64,000 nt of DNA from Acetatifactor sp. (GCA_045539535.1 JAZQFO010000131.1:33456-97455), one strand, 5' to 3'; shown: positions 28,954-38,411, counted from the first letter of the stretch. Notes: generated by a model from the sequence alone, not told the origin. A program made the numbers and translations.

Positions 28954-30864
28954 ATGGCCTCACAATTTTTTGGATTAAATATTGCATATACAGGACTTTT
29001 GGCCAGCAACGCTGCCTTGAATACTACCTCTAACAACATTGCAAATGTACAGACGGAAGGATACAGCAGACAGCAGGTTAACCAGCAGGCAGCCAATGCG
29101 CTGCAGATGTTCCAAACCTACGGATGTGCAGGTGCAGGCGTAGAAACACTCTCCATCGAACGTGTGCGAGATGAGTTCTACGATATAAAGTTCTGGAACA
29201 ACAATTCCAAAGTGGGCGAGTACGACATGCAGCTGTACTACATGGAACAGGTGGAAACCTATTTCCATGATGATGGTAAGAATGCAGGCTTCAAAACAGT
29301 ATTTGACCGGCTGATGATTACCGGCATGCAGGAGCTGATGAAGAATCCCAGTGATATCAGTACCAAAGCACAGTTCGTGGGAAGTGCGGAGAATATGGTG
29401 GAGTACTTCAACGGACTTGCAGGTAATATGGAGGCACTGCAGAAGGATATTAATCAGGAAATCAAGATTAAGGTGGACGAGATTAATTCCCTGGCAGGCG
29501 AGATTGCGAATCTGAACAAGCAGATCAATACCATCGAACTTGCAGGAACCAAGGCGAATGAGCTTAGAGACAGAAGAACCTTACTTTTGGATCAGCTTTC
29601 CAAAATTGTGGATATTGAAGTGATCGAGACTCCCATGATAGATGCCAACAACCCTGAGAGAGAAACAGGCGGCAACCGGTTTATCGTTAAGATTGCAGGC
29701 GGCCAGCAGTTGGTGGATACCAATGAGTTCCGCGGAATGGAATGCGTGGCGAGAGCTTCTTATGAGAAGATTAACCAGACGGATATCGATGGTCTGTATG
29801 ATGTTTACTGGATGGATGGACAAAAGTTTAATCTCTACAATGCCGCTATGGGTGGTAATTTGAGAGGCCTTGTAGAGATGCGCGACGGCAACAATGGCGA
29901 GAACTTTACCGGTCTGGTGACGGATACGGGAGTTGTTACCAATCCTGATACCGGAGAGCAGCATGATACCGTAACGATTCAGGTAAATAAGTCTTATCTG
30001 CAGGATTTGAATAAATTGAATTTGTCCGACCAGGGCGGTATCATCAATCTGGGCAATCAGGAGTTTTACTATGATTCCTGGGAGTATACCTACGATGCGG
30101 GTACGGATACTTATTCCTATACCTTTACGCTTTCCGCAACCATGGGTAAGGATGCTCATAACACAGCAAGGCTGACCAATGACCGCGTAGGTAAGATGGC
30201 CGGCATCGGCAGTAGTATTACTTACCAAGGTATTCCTTATTACATGAGCCAGATGAATGAATGGATTCGTACTTTTAGCCAGAAGTTCAATGATATTCTG
30301 GAGAGCGGATACACTTCAGAAAATATTCCCGGTATCAAGCTTTTTACCGCGGATCATGCAACAGATTCCGAGCAGTTTGATATGCCGGACGAAACCCGTT
30401 ACAACACGGGACAAAGTGTATCTGTTAAGGTCAGTGATGACAGCTATTACCGTATGACTGCCAAGAATTTTAGCTTGATGGCAGCAGTAGAATTAGATCC
30501 GTCTCTTTTGGCAGAGAAGAGTAATACCGGTGATGGCGTGGAGCAGGGCGATTTGTTGGAGCAGCTGAGTAATATGCCCTATGACAAAGAGGCAATGACC
30601 TTCAGAGGCGCTTCTGCATCAGAGTTTTTGCAGACCATCCTTTCTGATGTGGCATTGAATACCAGCAGAGCAAGCACCTTCTCACAAAGCTATGCCAATA
30701 TTTCTTATTCCATCGACAACCAGAGAATCGGTATCTCCGGTGTAGATGAGGATGAGGAAGCAGTGAATCTGGTAAAATATCAGAACGGATACAATCTGGC
30801 GTCCAAGATGATTCAGACGCTGACAGAGATTTATGACCGGTTGATTCTGGAAACCGGAGTATAA
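28954..30864 (+). CDS. flgK: Hook-associated protein FlgK (copy 2)
   Basis: ALNTTSNNIANVQTEGYSRQ; C-terminal ISGVDEDEEAVNLVKYQNGYN. Confidence 0.92.
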   Translation: MASQFFGLNIAYTGLLASNAALNTTSNNIANVQTEGYSRQQVNQQAANALQMFQTYGCAGAGVETLSIERVRDEFYDIKFWNNNSKVGEYDMQLYYMEQVETYFHDDGKNAGFKTVFDRLMITGMQELMKNPSDISTKAQFVGSAENMVEYFNGLAGNMEALQKDINQEIKIKVDEINSLAGEIANLNKQINTIELAGTKANELRDRRTLLLDQLSKIVDIEVIETPMIDANNPERETGGNRFIVKIAGGQQLVDTNEFRGMECVARASYEKINQTDIDGLYDVYWMDGQKFNLYNAAMGGNLRGLVEMRDGNNGENFTGLVTDTGVVTNPDTGEQHDTVTIQVNKSYLQDLNKLNLSDQGGIINLGNQEFYYDSWEYTYDAGTDTYSYTFTLSATMGKDAHNTARLTNDRVGKMAGIGSSITYQGIPYYMSQMNEWIRTFSQKFNDILESGYTSENIPGIKLFTADHATDSEQFDMPDETRYNTGQSVSVKVSDDSYYRMTAKNFSLMAAVELDPSLLAEKSNTGDGVEQGDLLEQLSNMPYDKEAMTFRGASASEFLQTILSDVALNTSRASTFSQSYANISYSIDNQRIGISGVDEDEEAVNLVKYQNGYNLASKMIQTLTEIYDRLILETGV

Positions 30865-30901
30865 CAGATGAAAGTTCCCCGATTCATCGGAAAGGAGCAA
30901 T

Positions 30902-32431
30902 ATGAGAATTACCAACAAGATTATGCAGCGTAATAACCTGGCTAATATCAATACCAACAAGATTTACCAGGATAAGCTCAGCACACAGATGTCTACACAA
31001 AAGAAAATCAGCAGACCTTCTGATGATCCGGTGGTGGCAATCAGGGCACTTCGTCTTCGAAGCAGCGTAACGGAGATTACCCAGTACTACAGCAAGAATA
31101 TTCCCGATGCGGAAAGCTGGCTGGATGTAACAGAGGATGCACTGAAGAACATGTCGGCAATCGTGACCAATATGATTGAGCAGTGTACCAAGGGTTCCAA
31201 TGGTGATTTGACCAGCGGCGACCGTCAGATTATTCTGGAGCAGTTAAAGGCCCTGGGTGATGAAGTTTATGTGACAGGCGATGCAGACTACGCGGGACGC
31301 TACGTGTTCACCGGATATCGTACGGATACTTCCTTAAGCTTTGCGGAAGATACGGACATACCTTATGAGATTACAGAGCAGATTGACAATAATTCCATTG
31401 ATATTCTGACTAAGGTAGATACCGGAAATATTTTAAATTGGAATGAGTCTAATTATCAGAACCTTACTGATTCTGATGAGCAGGCAGTGGAAGCTATAGA
31501 GGTATACAGAATCCGTCTGGCATACAATGATTGTTCGGAAAATATGGCACCTACAGTTACTTATAAGGATGCGGCCGGCAATGATGTATCCGTCGGAACC
31601 ACAGTAGTACATTCCTATGCAGAGCCCAGTCCCTATACACAGGCAGCCGCGGATCCGGACGCAGCAATTTTTATTCCGGAGACCGGAGAGGTATTGTTAG
31701 GAACCAATAAGTACCAGGAGCTCATGGCCATTAAGGATGATGTGGCAACTGTTGCCAATGAAGGAGAAATCCGGGTAACCTACCAGAAGGCAGAGTGGGA
31801 AACCGGTGATTTAAGACCGGAGCATTATTTCTATTGCAGATCCAATCCCGGTGAGGCCGAGGAGATTGAATATAACAAAGTATTTTTGGATGGCGAGGTC
31901 GAGAAACAGGCTATCGAATATGATGTGGGATTCAATCAGACCATCCGAGTAAATTCCACTGCAGATGAGTGCTTCCGGCATGGTATTGGCAGAGAAGTGG
32001 ATGATTTGGTGGTAGCCATGCAGGAGGTTGTGGATCTGGAGGCTATAAAGGCCAAAATAGAAGCACAGATGGAAGCTCCGGGAGCAGATGCAGATACTCT
32101 GCAGACTCAGATGGATGCAGTGGACAAGGCATTAACCCTTTCCAAGGATAAATGTCAGAAGCTGTTTGAGCGTGGCATTACCAGTTTCCAGGGGTATCTG
32201 GATGATGTGAGTCTGTGTATCACAGATTGCGGTACCAGAAGTAGCAAGCTTGAATTGATTGAAAATCGTATGCAGAGCCAGAAGACGACCTTTGAGACAC
32301 TGAAGAGTGAGAATGAGGACGCAGACATCACAGAGGTTGCAATTCAACTTAGTTCAGCAGAGCTTACTTATGAGGCGGCGCTGATGGCCACCGGTAAAGT
32401 AATGCAGACAACACTTTTGAACTTCATTTAA
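30902..32431 (+). CDS. flgL: Hook-associated protein FlgL
   Basis: MRITNK, KKISRPSDDPV, GRYVFTG, C-terminal TLLNFI. Confidence 0.92.
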   Translation: MRITNKIMQRNNLANINTNKIYQDKLSTQMSTQKKISRPSDDPVVAIRALRLRSSVTEITQYYSKNIPDAESWLDVTEDALKNMSAIVTNMIEQCTKGSNGDLTSGDRQIILEQLKALGDEVYVTGDADYAGRYVFTGYRTDTSLSFAEDTDIPYEITEQIDNNSIDILTKVDTGNILNWNESNYQNLTDSDEQAVEAIEVYRIRLAYNDCSENMAPTVTYKDAAGNDVSVGTTVVHSYAEPSPYTQAAADPDAAIFIPETGEVLLGTNKYQELMAIKDDVATVANEGEIRVTYQKAEWETGDLRPEHYFYCRSNPGEAEEIEYNKVFLDGEVEKQAIEYDVGFNQTIRVNSTADECFRHGIGREVDDLVVAMQEVVDLEAIKAKIEAQMEAPGADADTLQTQMDAVDKALTLSKDKCQKLFERGITSFQGYLDDVSLCITDCGTRSSKLELIENRMQSQKTTFETLKSENEDADITEVAIQLSSAELTYEAALMATGKVMQTTLLNFI

Positions 32432-32443
32432 AGGAGGGTATTT

Positions 32444-32902
32444 ATGGAAATCAATACAAAAGTTTTTGGAGAAGTAGAAATCTCAGATGACAAGATCATT
32501 ACCTTTGAGAAGGGTATTATTGGATTCCCCGATATGAAGCGTTTTACATTGCTTCATGATGAGGAGAAGGGTACCAGCGCAGGTATTCGTTTCCTGCAGT
32601 CTATCGATGAGCCCGGATTTGCAATGCCTGTAATGGATCCTTTGGTTGTAAAGTCCGACTATGATCCGGAGGTGGATGATGAGTTGTTGAAGGGGATGGG
32701 TAGTCTCACTGATGAGAATATTCTGGTACTTGTAACAGTTACTGTACCCTCTGATTTGACTAAGATGTCTGTGAATTTGCAGGGACCTTTGGTAATTAAT
32801 GTGGATGAGCGCAAGGCTTGTCAGTTGATTGTGGAGGGAGATGCATACCCTGTGAAGTTCCCTATTTATGACATCCTTCAGGCAAGAAAGGCAGGTGAGT
32901 AG
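32444..32902 (+). CDS. fliW: Flagellar assembly factor FliW
   Basis: TKVFGE...FEKGIIGF, LQS.D, NLQGPLVIN; precedes csrA. Confidence 0.92.
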   Translation: MEINTKVFGEVEISDDKIITFEKGIIGFPDMKRFTLLHDEEKGTSAGIRFLQSIDEPGFAMPVMDPLVVKSDYDPEVDDELLKGMGSLTDENILVLVTVTVPSDLTKMSVNLQGPLVINVDERKACQLIVEGDAYPVKFPIYDILQARKAGE

Positions 32903-32903
32903 G

Positions 32904-33122
32904 ATGTTAGCATTATCCCGCAAGAAAAACGAAGCATTAATTATTAACAATAATATCGAGATTACTGTTTTGGAAGTGAAGGGAGATCAGGTAAAGCTGG
33001 GCATCTCTGCTCCCAAGGAAATTCCTGTATATCGTAAGGAAGTTTACATGCAGATTCAGGAAGCAAACAAGGCTGCTGTGGATGCAGACGGTATGGATGC
33101 GTTGAAGGCACTGCTTGGTTAA
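32904..33122 (+). CDS. csrA: Carbon storage regulator CsrA
   Basis: MLALSRKKNE...VKLGISAPKEIPVYRKE. Start set at ATG 32904. Confidence 0.95.
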   Translation: MLALSRKKNEALIINNNIEITVLEVKGDQVKLGISAPKEIPVYRKEVYMQIQEANKAAVDADGMDALKALLG

Positions 33123-33149
33123 TTAAGTTCATTCTGTTAGGTTAAAATA

Positions 33150-33207
33150 GAAAAGGAAGGGGGATTCGAAGCCAAATATCCGGTTTTGGGTGCCCTTTTC
33201 TTTTTTT
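33150..33207 (+). terminator. Probable terminator after csrA
   Basis: Long imperfect stem (aaaaggaaggg...cccttttctttt) with a T run. Confidence 0.55.
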
Positions 33208-33240
33208 AGAAAAAAATTAAAAAAATTTTTCTGAAACTAT

Positions 33241-33267
33241 TAATTATTTATGCGAATTATCCGATAT
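33241..33267 (+). promoter_or_regulatory. Sigma28 promoter of flaG-fliD-fliS
   Basis: TAAT-N15-TCCGATAT preceded by A/T tracts. Confidence 0.7.
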
Positions 33268-33340
33268 GAAACACAAGAAACCAGTTTTTGTCGACTTGCG
33301 TTAACAGGAAACGCAGGATTTTCACACGGAGGTGACTACG

Positions 33341-33763
33341 ATGGCAATTGAACCCTTAGGAAGTGTAATGAGTGTACAGGCCCAGACGATGACCGCGCCG
33401 AAGCCCGTAGCGCAGGTGGAGAAGCCGGAAATTTCCGCTGAATCCACTGTACAGACAGCAGAAAAAGTAGACAAGACCACAAATGTGGTTGAGAATGCCC
33501 AGGCAAAGGGCCAGAATAATGGTTCTACAGAGCAGGAGCAGCCCAGCAATGAGCAGATTAAAAAGGCTGTTGAAAAGCTCAACAAGAACATGACCAATTC
33601 CGAAGCAGTATTCGGAATCCATGAGGGCACCAACAGAGTAACGATTAAGATCGTTGACAGAGATACCAAGGAAGTAATCAAAGAGCTTCCGCCCGAGAAG
33701 ACTTTGGATATGATCGCCAAGGCATGGGAGCTTGCCGGTATCCTGGTTGACGAGAGACGTTAA
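33341..33763 (+). CDS. flaG: Flagellar protein FlaG
   Basis: IKIVDRDTKEVIKELPPEKTLD...GILVDERR; ATG 33341 after GGAGG. Confidence 0.9.
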   Translation: MAIEPLGSVMSVQAQTMTAPKPVAQVEKPEISAESTVQTAEKVDKTTNVVENAQAKGQNNGSTEQEQPSNEQIKKAVEKLNKNMTNSEAVFGIHEGTNRVTIKIVDRDTKEVIKELPPEKTLDMIAKAWELAGILVDERR

Positions 33764-33783
33764 TCGGGAAAGGGAGGTAAACT

Positions 33784-35916
33784 ATGGCAATGAGATTATC
33801 CGGCTTGATGTCCGGAATGGATACAGAAAGCTTGATTGCACAGCTGGTTGAAGCCAAGAGTACCAAGGTTAATACAGCCAAAAAGGCGCAGATCAAGGTG
33901 AATTGGAAGCAGGACGCTTGGAAGGACTTAAATAAGAAACTTCAGAATCTGCAGACCAAGTATATCAATAATATGCGTTTCACATCTGCATACAGCAAGA
34001 AAACCACTAAGGTTTCCAATGAGAGCGCAGTGAGTGTTATCACCGGCGGGGATGCAGTGGATGGTGTTCAATCTTTGCAGATTAATCGGCTGGCGAAGAC
34101 CGGTTATCTTACAGGTGCAGAGCTTAAGAGTGCTGACGGCACTACCAAGGGTAACTATACCGCAATGACCAAGCTTAAAGATTTGGGCGTGACCGGTGCG
34201 GGCACCTTTACCGTGGAGAGTGCAAAGGGGTCTGTGGACATTAACATTGATGGAAATACCAGCATTTCAGATGTTCTGACAAAGTTGAAAGACGCAGGCT
34301 TGAATGCAAGCTTTGATGCCAAGAACCAGAGATTCTTTGTAAGTGCAAAGGAGTCCGGTTTGGCCAATGATTTTAGTCTGACTGCTTCTGATGCAAATGG
34401 TGCAGCGGCATTATCGGCATTAGGACTTCAGGTTAACTTAAGTCAGGATGCAGCATCTTTGGAACAGTACAAAGAGTATGCAGGCTATTATGTGGAAGGT
34501 GACAAAGCGCAGACATTGGCAAATATGAAAAATCTGATTGATGGTTCTGTACAATCAAGAACAGATTCGTATTTGGAGAAGTATAAAACTGCGCAGGAGA
34601 ATCTTAAGAAGGCTCAAGATAAGATTGCTGAGTTGGAAGAGAAGTATGCAGATGATCCTCTGGATACGGTGGAGAATTACACCACTCAGATTGATGCGAA
34701 AAAGGCAGAGATTGAGGAGCTTAAGAAGCAGAAAGAGGATGAGAACCTTTCTGAGGACGACAAGAAGGCACTGGATGAGCAGATTAAGACCCTGGAGGAA
34801 GACGTTAAGGGGCTGACCACCAAAAAGACAGATGTTGAAACCTTGGCAGCGCAGAAGGCAAGTGTCGAGAAGTTGAATTCTGAAATCGCAGGTATTGAGG
34901 AATATGTAAATGTTACTTCAAACACGGTGGATGGAAAGACTACGTACAGTGCAACTGCAACTGATAAATTGATCGGTGAGGAGCAGGAAGCATTCTATGC
35001 AAAGGCTGCATATGCTGCTCAGGTTATGGCTAATTACGACCCGAATGATAAAACGGCAACCGGTGCTACCAAGGTATCCGGTCAGGATGCAGTTATCACT
35101 TTAAATGGAGCAAAATTTACCAACAGCACCAATGTATTTGAGATTAACGGCTTGACTTTTACGGCTCTTTCTGAGACGAAAGAAGGCGAGAACGTAACGA
35201 TTACCACCCAGAATGATACCGACGGTATCTATGATATGGTTAAGAACTTCCTTAAGGAGTACAATTCCATCATCAATGAGATGGATAAGCTCTATAATGC
35301 GGACTCCGCAAGAAATTATGAGCCCCTTCTGAATGAAGAGAAGGAAGCCTTATCTGAGACTGAGGTGGAAGAGTACGAGAAGAAGATTAAGGATGCACTT
35401 CTTCGCAGAGACAGTAATTTGTCTGAGATTAGCACTGCGTTGAAATCCACCATGTCTGCCGGTATTGAAATCAATGGCAAGACGATGTATCTGTCTGATT
35501 TCGGAATTGGTACACTTGGATATTTTGAAGCAGCTGATAACGAGAGAAACGCATATCATATTGATGGCGATGCAGATGATGACAGTACGTCCGGCAAGGC
35601 TGACAAGCTGAAGAGTATGATAAGCAGTGACCCCAGCACGGTTATTTCGTTCTTCACAAAGTTGTCTCAGAATCTGCATTCGAAGATGAGTGATTTGTCT
35701 AAGTCTTCGGATGGATATAGAAGCTTTGGAAGCTTCTATGATGACAAGAAGATGAAGTCTGATTATGACGACTACACTTCTAAAATATCTGACCTGGAAC
35801 AGAAACTGAACGATTATGAAGATAAATGGTACGCAAAGTTTTCCAAGATGGAGACAGCAATGGCCAAGATGCAGCGTAATGCAAGTGCAGTGACAGGTCT
35901 TTTAGGAGGAATGTAA
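33784..35916 (+). CDS. fliD: Flagellar filament cap FliD
   Basis: SGLMSGMDTESLI; GQDAVITLNG...STNVFEINGLTF; KFSKMETAMAKM. Confidence 0.93.
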   Translation: MAMRLSGLMSGMDTESLIAQLVEAKSTKVNTAKKAQIKVNWKQDAWKDLNKKLQNLQTKYINNMRFTSAYSKKTTKVSNESAVSVITGGDAVDGVQSLQINRLAKTGYLTGAELKSADGTTKGNYTAMTKLKDLGVTGAGTFTVESAKGSVDINIDGNTSISDVLTKLKDAGLNASFDAKNQRFFVSAKESGLANDFSLTASDANGAAALSALGLQVNLSQDAASLEQYKEYAGYYVEGDKAQTLANMKNLIDGSVQSRTDSYLEKYKTAQENLKKAQDKIAELEEKYADDPLDTVENYTTQIDAKKAEIEELKKQKEDENLSEDDKKALDEQIKTLEEDVKGLTTKKTDVETLAAQKASVEKLNSEIAGIEEYVNVTSNTVDGKTTYSATATDKLIGEEQEAFYAKAAYAAQVMANYDPNDKTATGATKVSGQDAVITLNGAKFTNSTNVFEINGLTFTALSETKEGENVTITTQNDTDGIYDMVKNFLKEYNSIINEMDKLYNADSARNYEPLLNEEKEALSETEVEEYEKKIKDALLRRDSNLSEISTALKSTMSAGIEINGKTMYLSDFGIGTLGYFEAADNERNAYHIDGDADDDSTSGKADKLKSMISSDPSTVISFFTKLSQNLHSKMSDLSKSSDGYRSFGSFYDDKKMKSDYDDYTSKISDLEQKLNDYEDKWYAKFSKMETAMAKMQRNASAVTGLLGGM

Positions 35917-35917
35917 T

Positions 35918-36304
35918 ATGGCGCTACCTAACGCTTATGCACAGTATCAGAACAATAAAATCATGACCGCCAGCCCGGCGGAACTAACCTTGATGCTCTA
36001 TGACGGAGCTATCAAATTCTGTAATATTGCAGAGACTGCTATAGAACAGAAAGATATTCCCAAGGCTCATCTCAACATTACCAAGGTTGAGAAGATTATT
36101 GATTACTTGCGTCAGACACTGGACATGAACTATGCGGTGGCACAGGATTTCGAGAACATTTATTCCTATTTGTCGAGACGATTGGTTGAAGCAAATATGA
36201 AGAAAGATAAGGAAATCCTGGAAGAGGTTAATACGCATCTGCGTTCTGTGAGAGATACATGGAAGGAAGTAATGCGTATCAACAGAGAGAAAGGGATGGC
36301 TTAA
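35918..36304 (+). CDS. fliS: Flagellin chaperone FliS
   Basis: YQNNKIMTASPAELTLMLYDGAIKF. Confidence 0.95.
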   Translation: MALPNAYAQYQNNKIMTASPAELTLMLYDGAIKFCNIAETAIEQKDIPKAHLNITKVEKIIDYLRQTLDMNYAVAQDFENIYSYLSRRLVEANMKKDKEILEEVNTHLRSVRDTWKEVMRINREKGMA

Positions 36305-36777
36305 TGGAAAGTCAATTGAATATTTTGTCCGAAAGTCTTGACCGGAAGTTACAAGTGCTTAAGGAGATTCAAGAGTATAATCTTAAGCAGGAGGAAGCTT
36401 TTAAAAACGGTACGGCTGATTTGGATAGCTTTGATGCTGCTGTGGAGGAGAAGGATCGTCTGATAGAACGGCTTATGCGTTTGGATGATGGTTTTGAAAC
36501 CTTGTATGCAGGGTTGGCGCAGGAGCTTCAGGACAATCGAAAGAAGCATGCAGCCAAGATTAAGGAGCTTCAAGAGAAGGTGGCCAAGGTGACTGAAATG
36601 GGTGTGACCATTCAGGCCCAGGAGGCCCGCAATAAAAAGCTGATTGAAGACTATTTCGCAAAAGCGAGAGCGGGAGTCCGTCAGAATCGGCAAAGCTCCA
36701 GAGTTGCATATGATTACTACAAGAATATGAGCGGCTCGAGCTTGGGACAGGCGAGATTTATGGACAGTAAACAGTAA
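36304..36777 (+). CDS. FlgN/FliT-like flagellar chaperone
   Basis: Helical 157 aa protein coupled to fliS by a TAATG overlap. Confidence 0.7.
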   Translation: MESQLNILSESLDRKLQVLKEIQEYNLKQEEAFKNGTADLDSFDAAVEEKDRLIERLMRLDDGFETLYAGLAQELQDNRKKHAAKIKELQEKVAKVTEMGVTIQAQEARNKKLIEDYFAKARAGVRQNRQSSRVAYDYYKNMSGSSLGQARFMDSKQ

Positions 36778-36804
36778 GAAATCCTATTGTAATAACGGTG
36801 CCAA

Positions 36805-36845
36805 ATAGGAAAACGAAAAAATGAAAAAATTTTTCGTTTTCCTAT
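36805..36845. repeat. Perfect 16 bp inverted repeat abutting the flagellin-1 promoter
   Basis: ataggaaaacgaaaaa (36805-36820) / tttttcgttttcctat (36830-36845). Confidence 0.85.
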
Positions 36846-36871
36846 AAAGTATCTGAAAAATTATCCGATAT
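36845..36871 (+). promoter_or_regulatory. Sigma28 promoter of flagellin 1
   Basis: TAAA-N15-TCCGATAT. Confidence 0.85.
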
Positions 36872-37029
36872 ACTTAACAAGTAAAGCAAATGAATTATCA
36901 ATTCAATGCAGAACTTACCCTAACAGAAAGTATCCGTCAGTCATCCGCACAATGACGGCGGTTGCTATGTAACTACTACCGGCAGTTCGGTATGTGCGAA
37001 CCGGATGAAAGGTAGCAACTACAAACTGG

Positions 37030-37043
37030 TCTCAAGGATGAGA
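37030..37043 (+). promoter_or_regulatory. Putative CsrA-binding hairpin in flagellin-1 leader
   Basis: tctca-AGGA-tgaga just upstream of a GGA-containing SD, as in the B. subtilis hag arrangement. Confidence 0.7.
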
Positions 37044-37068
37044 TCTTTTAATTCAAGGAGGAAGGATT

Positions 37069-37887
37069 ATGGTAGTACAGCACAATTTAACAGCAATGAA
37101 CTCTAACAGAATGCTCGGCTTAACAGCTTCAACACAGGCAAAGTCAACTGAGAAGCTTTCTTCCGGTTACAAGATTAACCGTGCAGCAGATGATGCAGCA
37201 GGTTTGGCTATTTCCGAGAAGATGAGACGTCAGATTAGAGGTCTGACTCAGGCTTCCGCAAATGCACAGGATGGTATTTCCATGGTGCAGACAGCAGAAG
37301 GTGCTTTGAATGAAGTTCATGATATGCTTCAGCGTATGAATGAGCTGGCAGTTAAGGCTGAGAATGGTACTCTGATGAGCGAAGATCGTGATTACATCGA
37401 TCAGGAAGTTCAGCAGCTTATGTCTGAAATCGACCGTGTAGCTTCTACTACTACTTTCAACCAGCAGAATCTGCTTGATGCTACTGGTGGTAAGAATGGT
37501 CAGTTTGAGCTTCAGGTTGGCGCAGAGGCAGGCCAGCACATCACCTTGACCATGAGCTCCATGAAGTGCTCTAATCTGGGACTTACCGGTGATGCACAGA
37601 CTTCCAGCAACGCAGCTACTTTGAATGGCCAGATTAAAGAGGCTATCAAGACTTTGAACCAGCAGAGAGCTGATCTCGGTGCAGTTCAGAACAGACTTGA
37701 GCACACCATCAATAACCTGGACAACGTAGTTGAGAATACTACAGCAGCTGAGTCCGCTATCCGTGATACCGATATGGCTACAGAGATGGTTAAGTACTCC
37801 AACAATAACATTCTTGCTCAGGCAGGACAGGCTATGTTGGCACAGGCTAACCAGTCCAATCAGGGCGTTCTCTCTCTGCTTGGCTAA
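37069..37887 (+). CDS. fliC: Flagellin 1 (272 aa)
   Basis: [48 protein letters not shown]. Confidence 0.97.
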   Translation: MVVQHNLTAMNSNRMLGLTASTQAKSTEKLSSGYKINRAADDAAGLAISEKMRRQIRGLTQASANAQDGISMVQTAEGALNEVHDMLQRMNELAVKAENGTLMSEDRDYIDQEVQQLMSEIDRVASTTTFNQQNLLDATGGKNGQFELQVGAEAGQHITLTMSSMKCSNLGLTGDAQTSSNAATLNGQIKEAIKTLNQQRADLGAVQNRLEHTINNLDNVVENTTAAESAIRDTDMATEMVKYSNNNILAQAGQAMLAQANQSNQGVLSLLG

Positions 37888-37915
37888 TCTTTAAGAGATT
37901 CATAAGCAAACTACC

Positions 37916-37952
37916 AAAGTGGGGCTAGCGTAAGCTAGTCCCACTTTCTTTG
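37916..37952 (+). terminator. Intrinsic terminator of flagellin 1
   Basis: aaagtggggctagc-GTAA-gctagtcccacttt followed by cttt. Confidence 0.85.
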
Positions 37953-37969
37953 TGTGCAGGTTGTCGAAT

Positions 37970-38276
37970 TAGCGTATCTAATGGGGCTGGGGATTATGGT
38001 TATTCATATATCACACCTTGGATAAGCTATGTTTTGACCAATGTACAGGGATAAGTATTTCTAAGTATCTCCATTTATATGATTATTAATTCCGCAAGCG
38101 TCGTAAACGCGCCGTCCATGGCGCGGTTACGACTTCTGCGAACGTCGTGTTCGCAGATTGCTGGTATACTAGGGAGATACTAAGAAATACTAATCCCTTC
38201 CCAAGGGTTCAAAACACAGCTTATCCAAGGTGAGATATATTTTACCCATAAATGAACAACCCCGTTAGATATGCTA
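37970..38276. mobile_element. ~307 bp imperfect palindrome, MITE-like or structured RNA
   Basis: Arms of about 100 bp (37970-38072 vs 38173-38276), TA at both ends, two GC-rich hairpins in the centre. The palindrome is certain; mobility is inferred. Confidence 0.6.
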
Positions 38277-38384
38277 TCCTCTACGCGAATTGCTTTGCCG
38301 AGGATGCGCATATAAAAAAATAAATAGTGCAAAACACCAGAAAAATACATTCTGAGAAAATTTACATTTTTTTCAAAATAGGTC

Positions 38385-38411
38385 TAAAGTATTTCCGGAT
38401 TCCTCCGATAT
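38385..38411 (+). promoter_or_regulatory. Sigma28 promoter of flagellin 2
   Basis: TAAA-N15-TCCGATAT. Confidence 0.85.

Noticed and set aside
37970-38276. Palindrome as CRISPR array, retron msr-msd, tRNA or TnpB/TldR guide locus
   Set aside because: No repeat-spacer periodicity, no cloverleaf, and no cas, reverse transcriptase or TnpB-like gene in the window.
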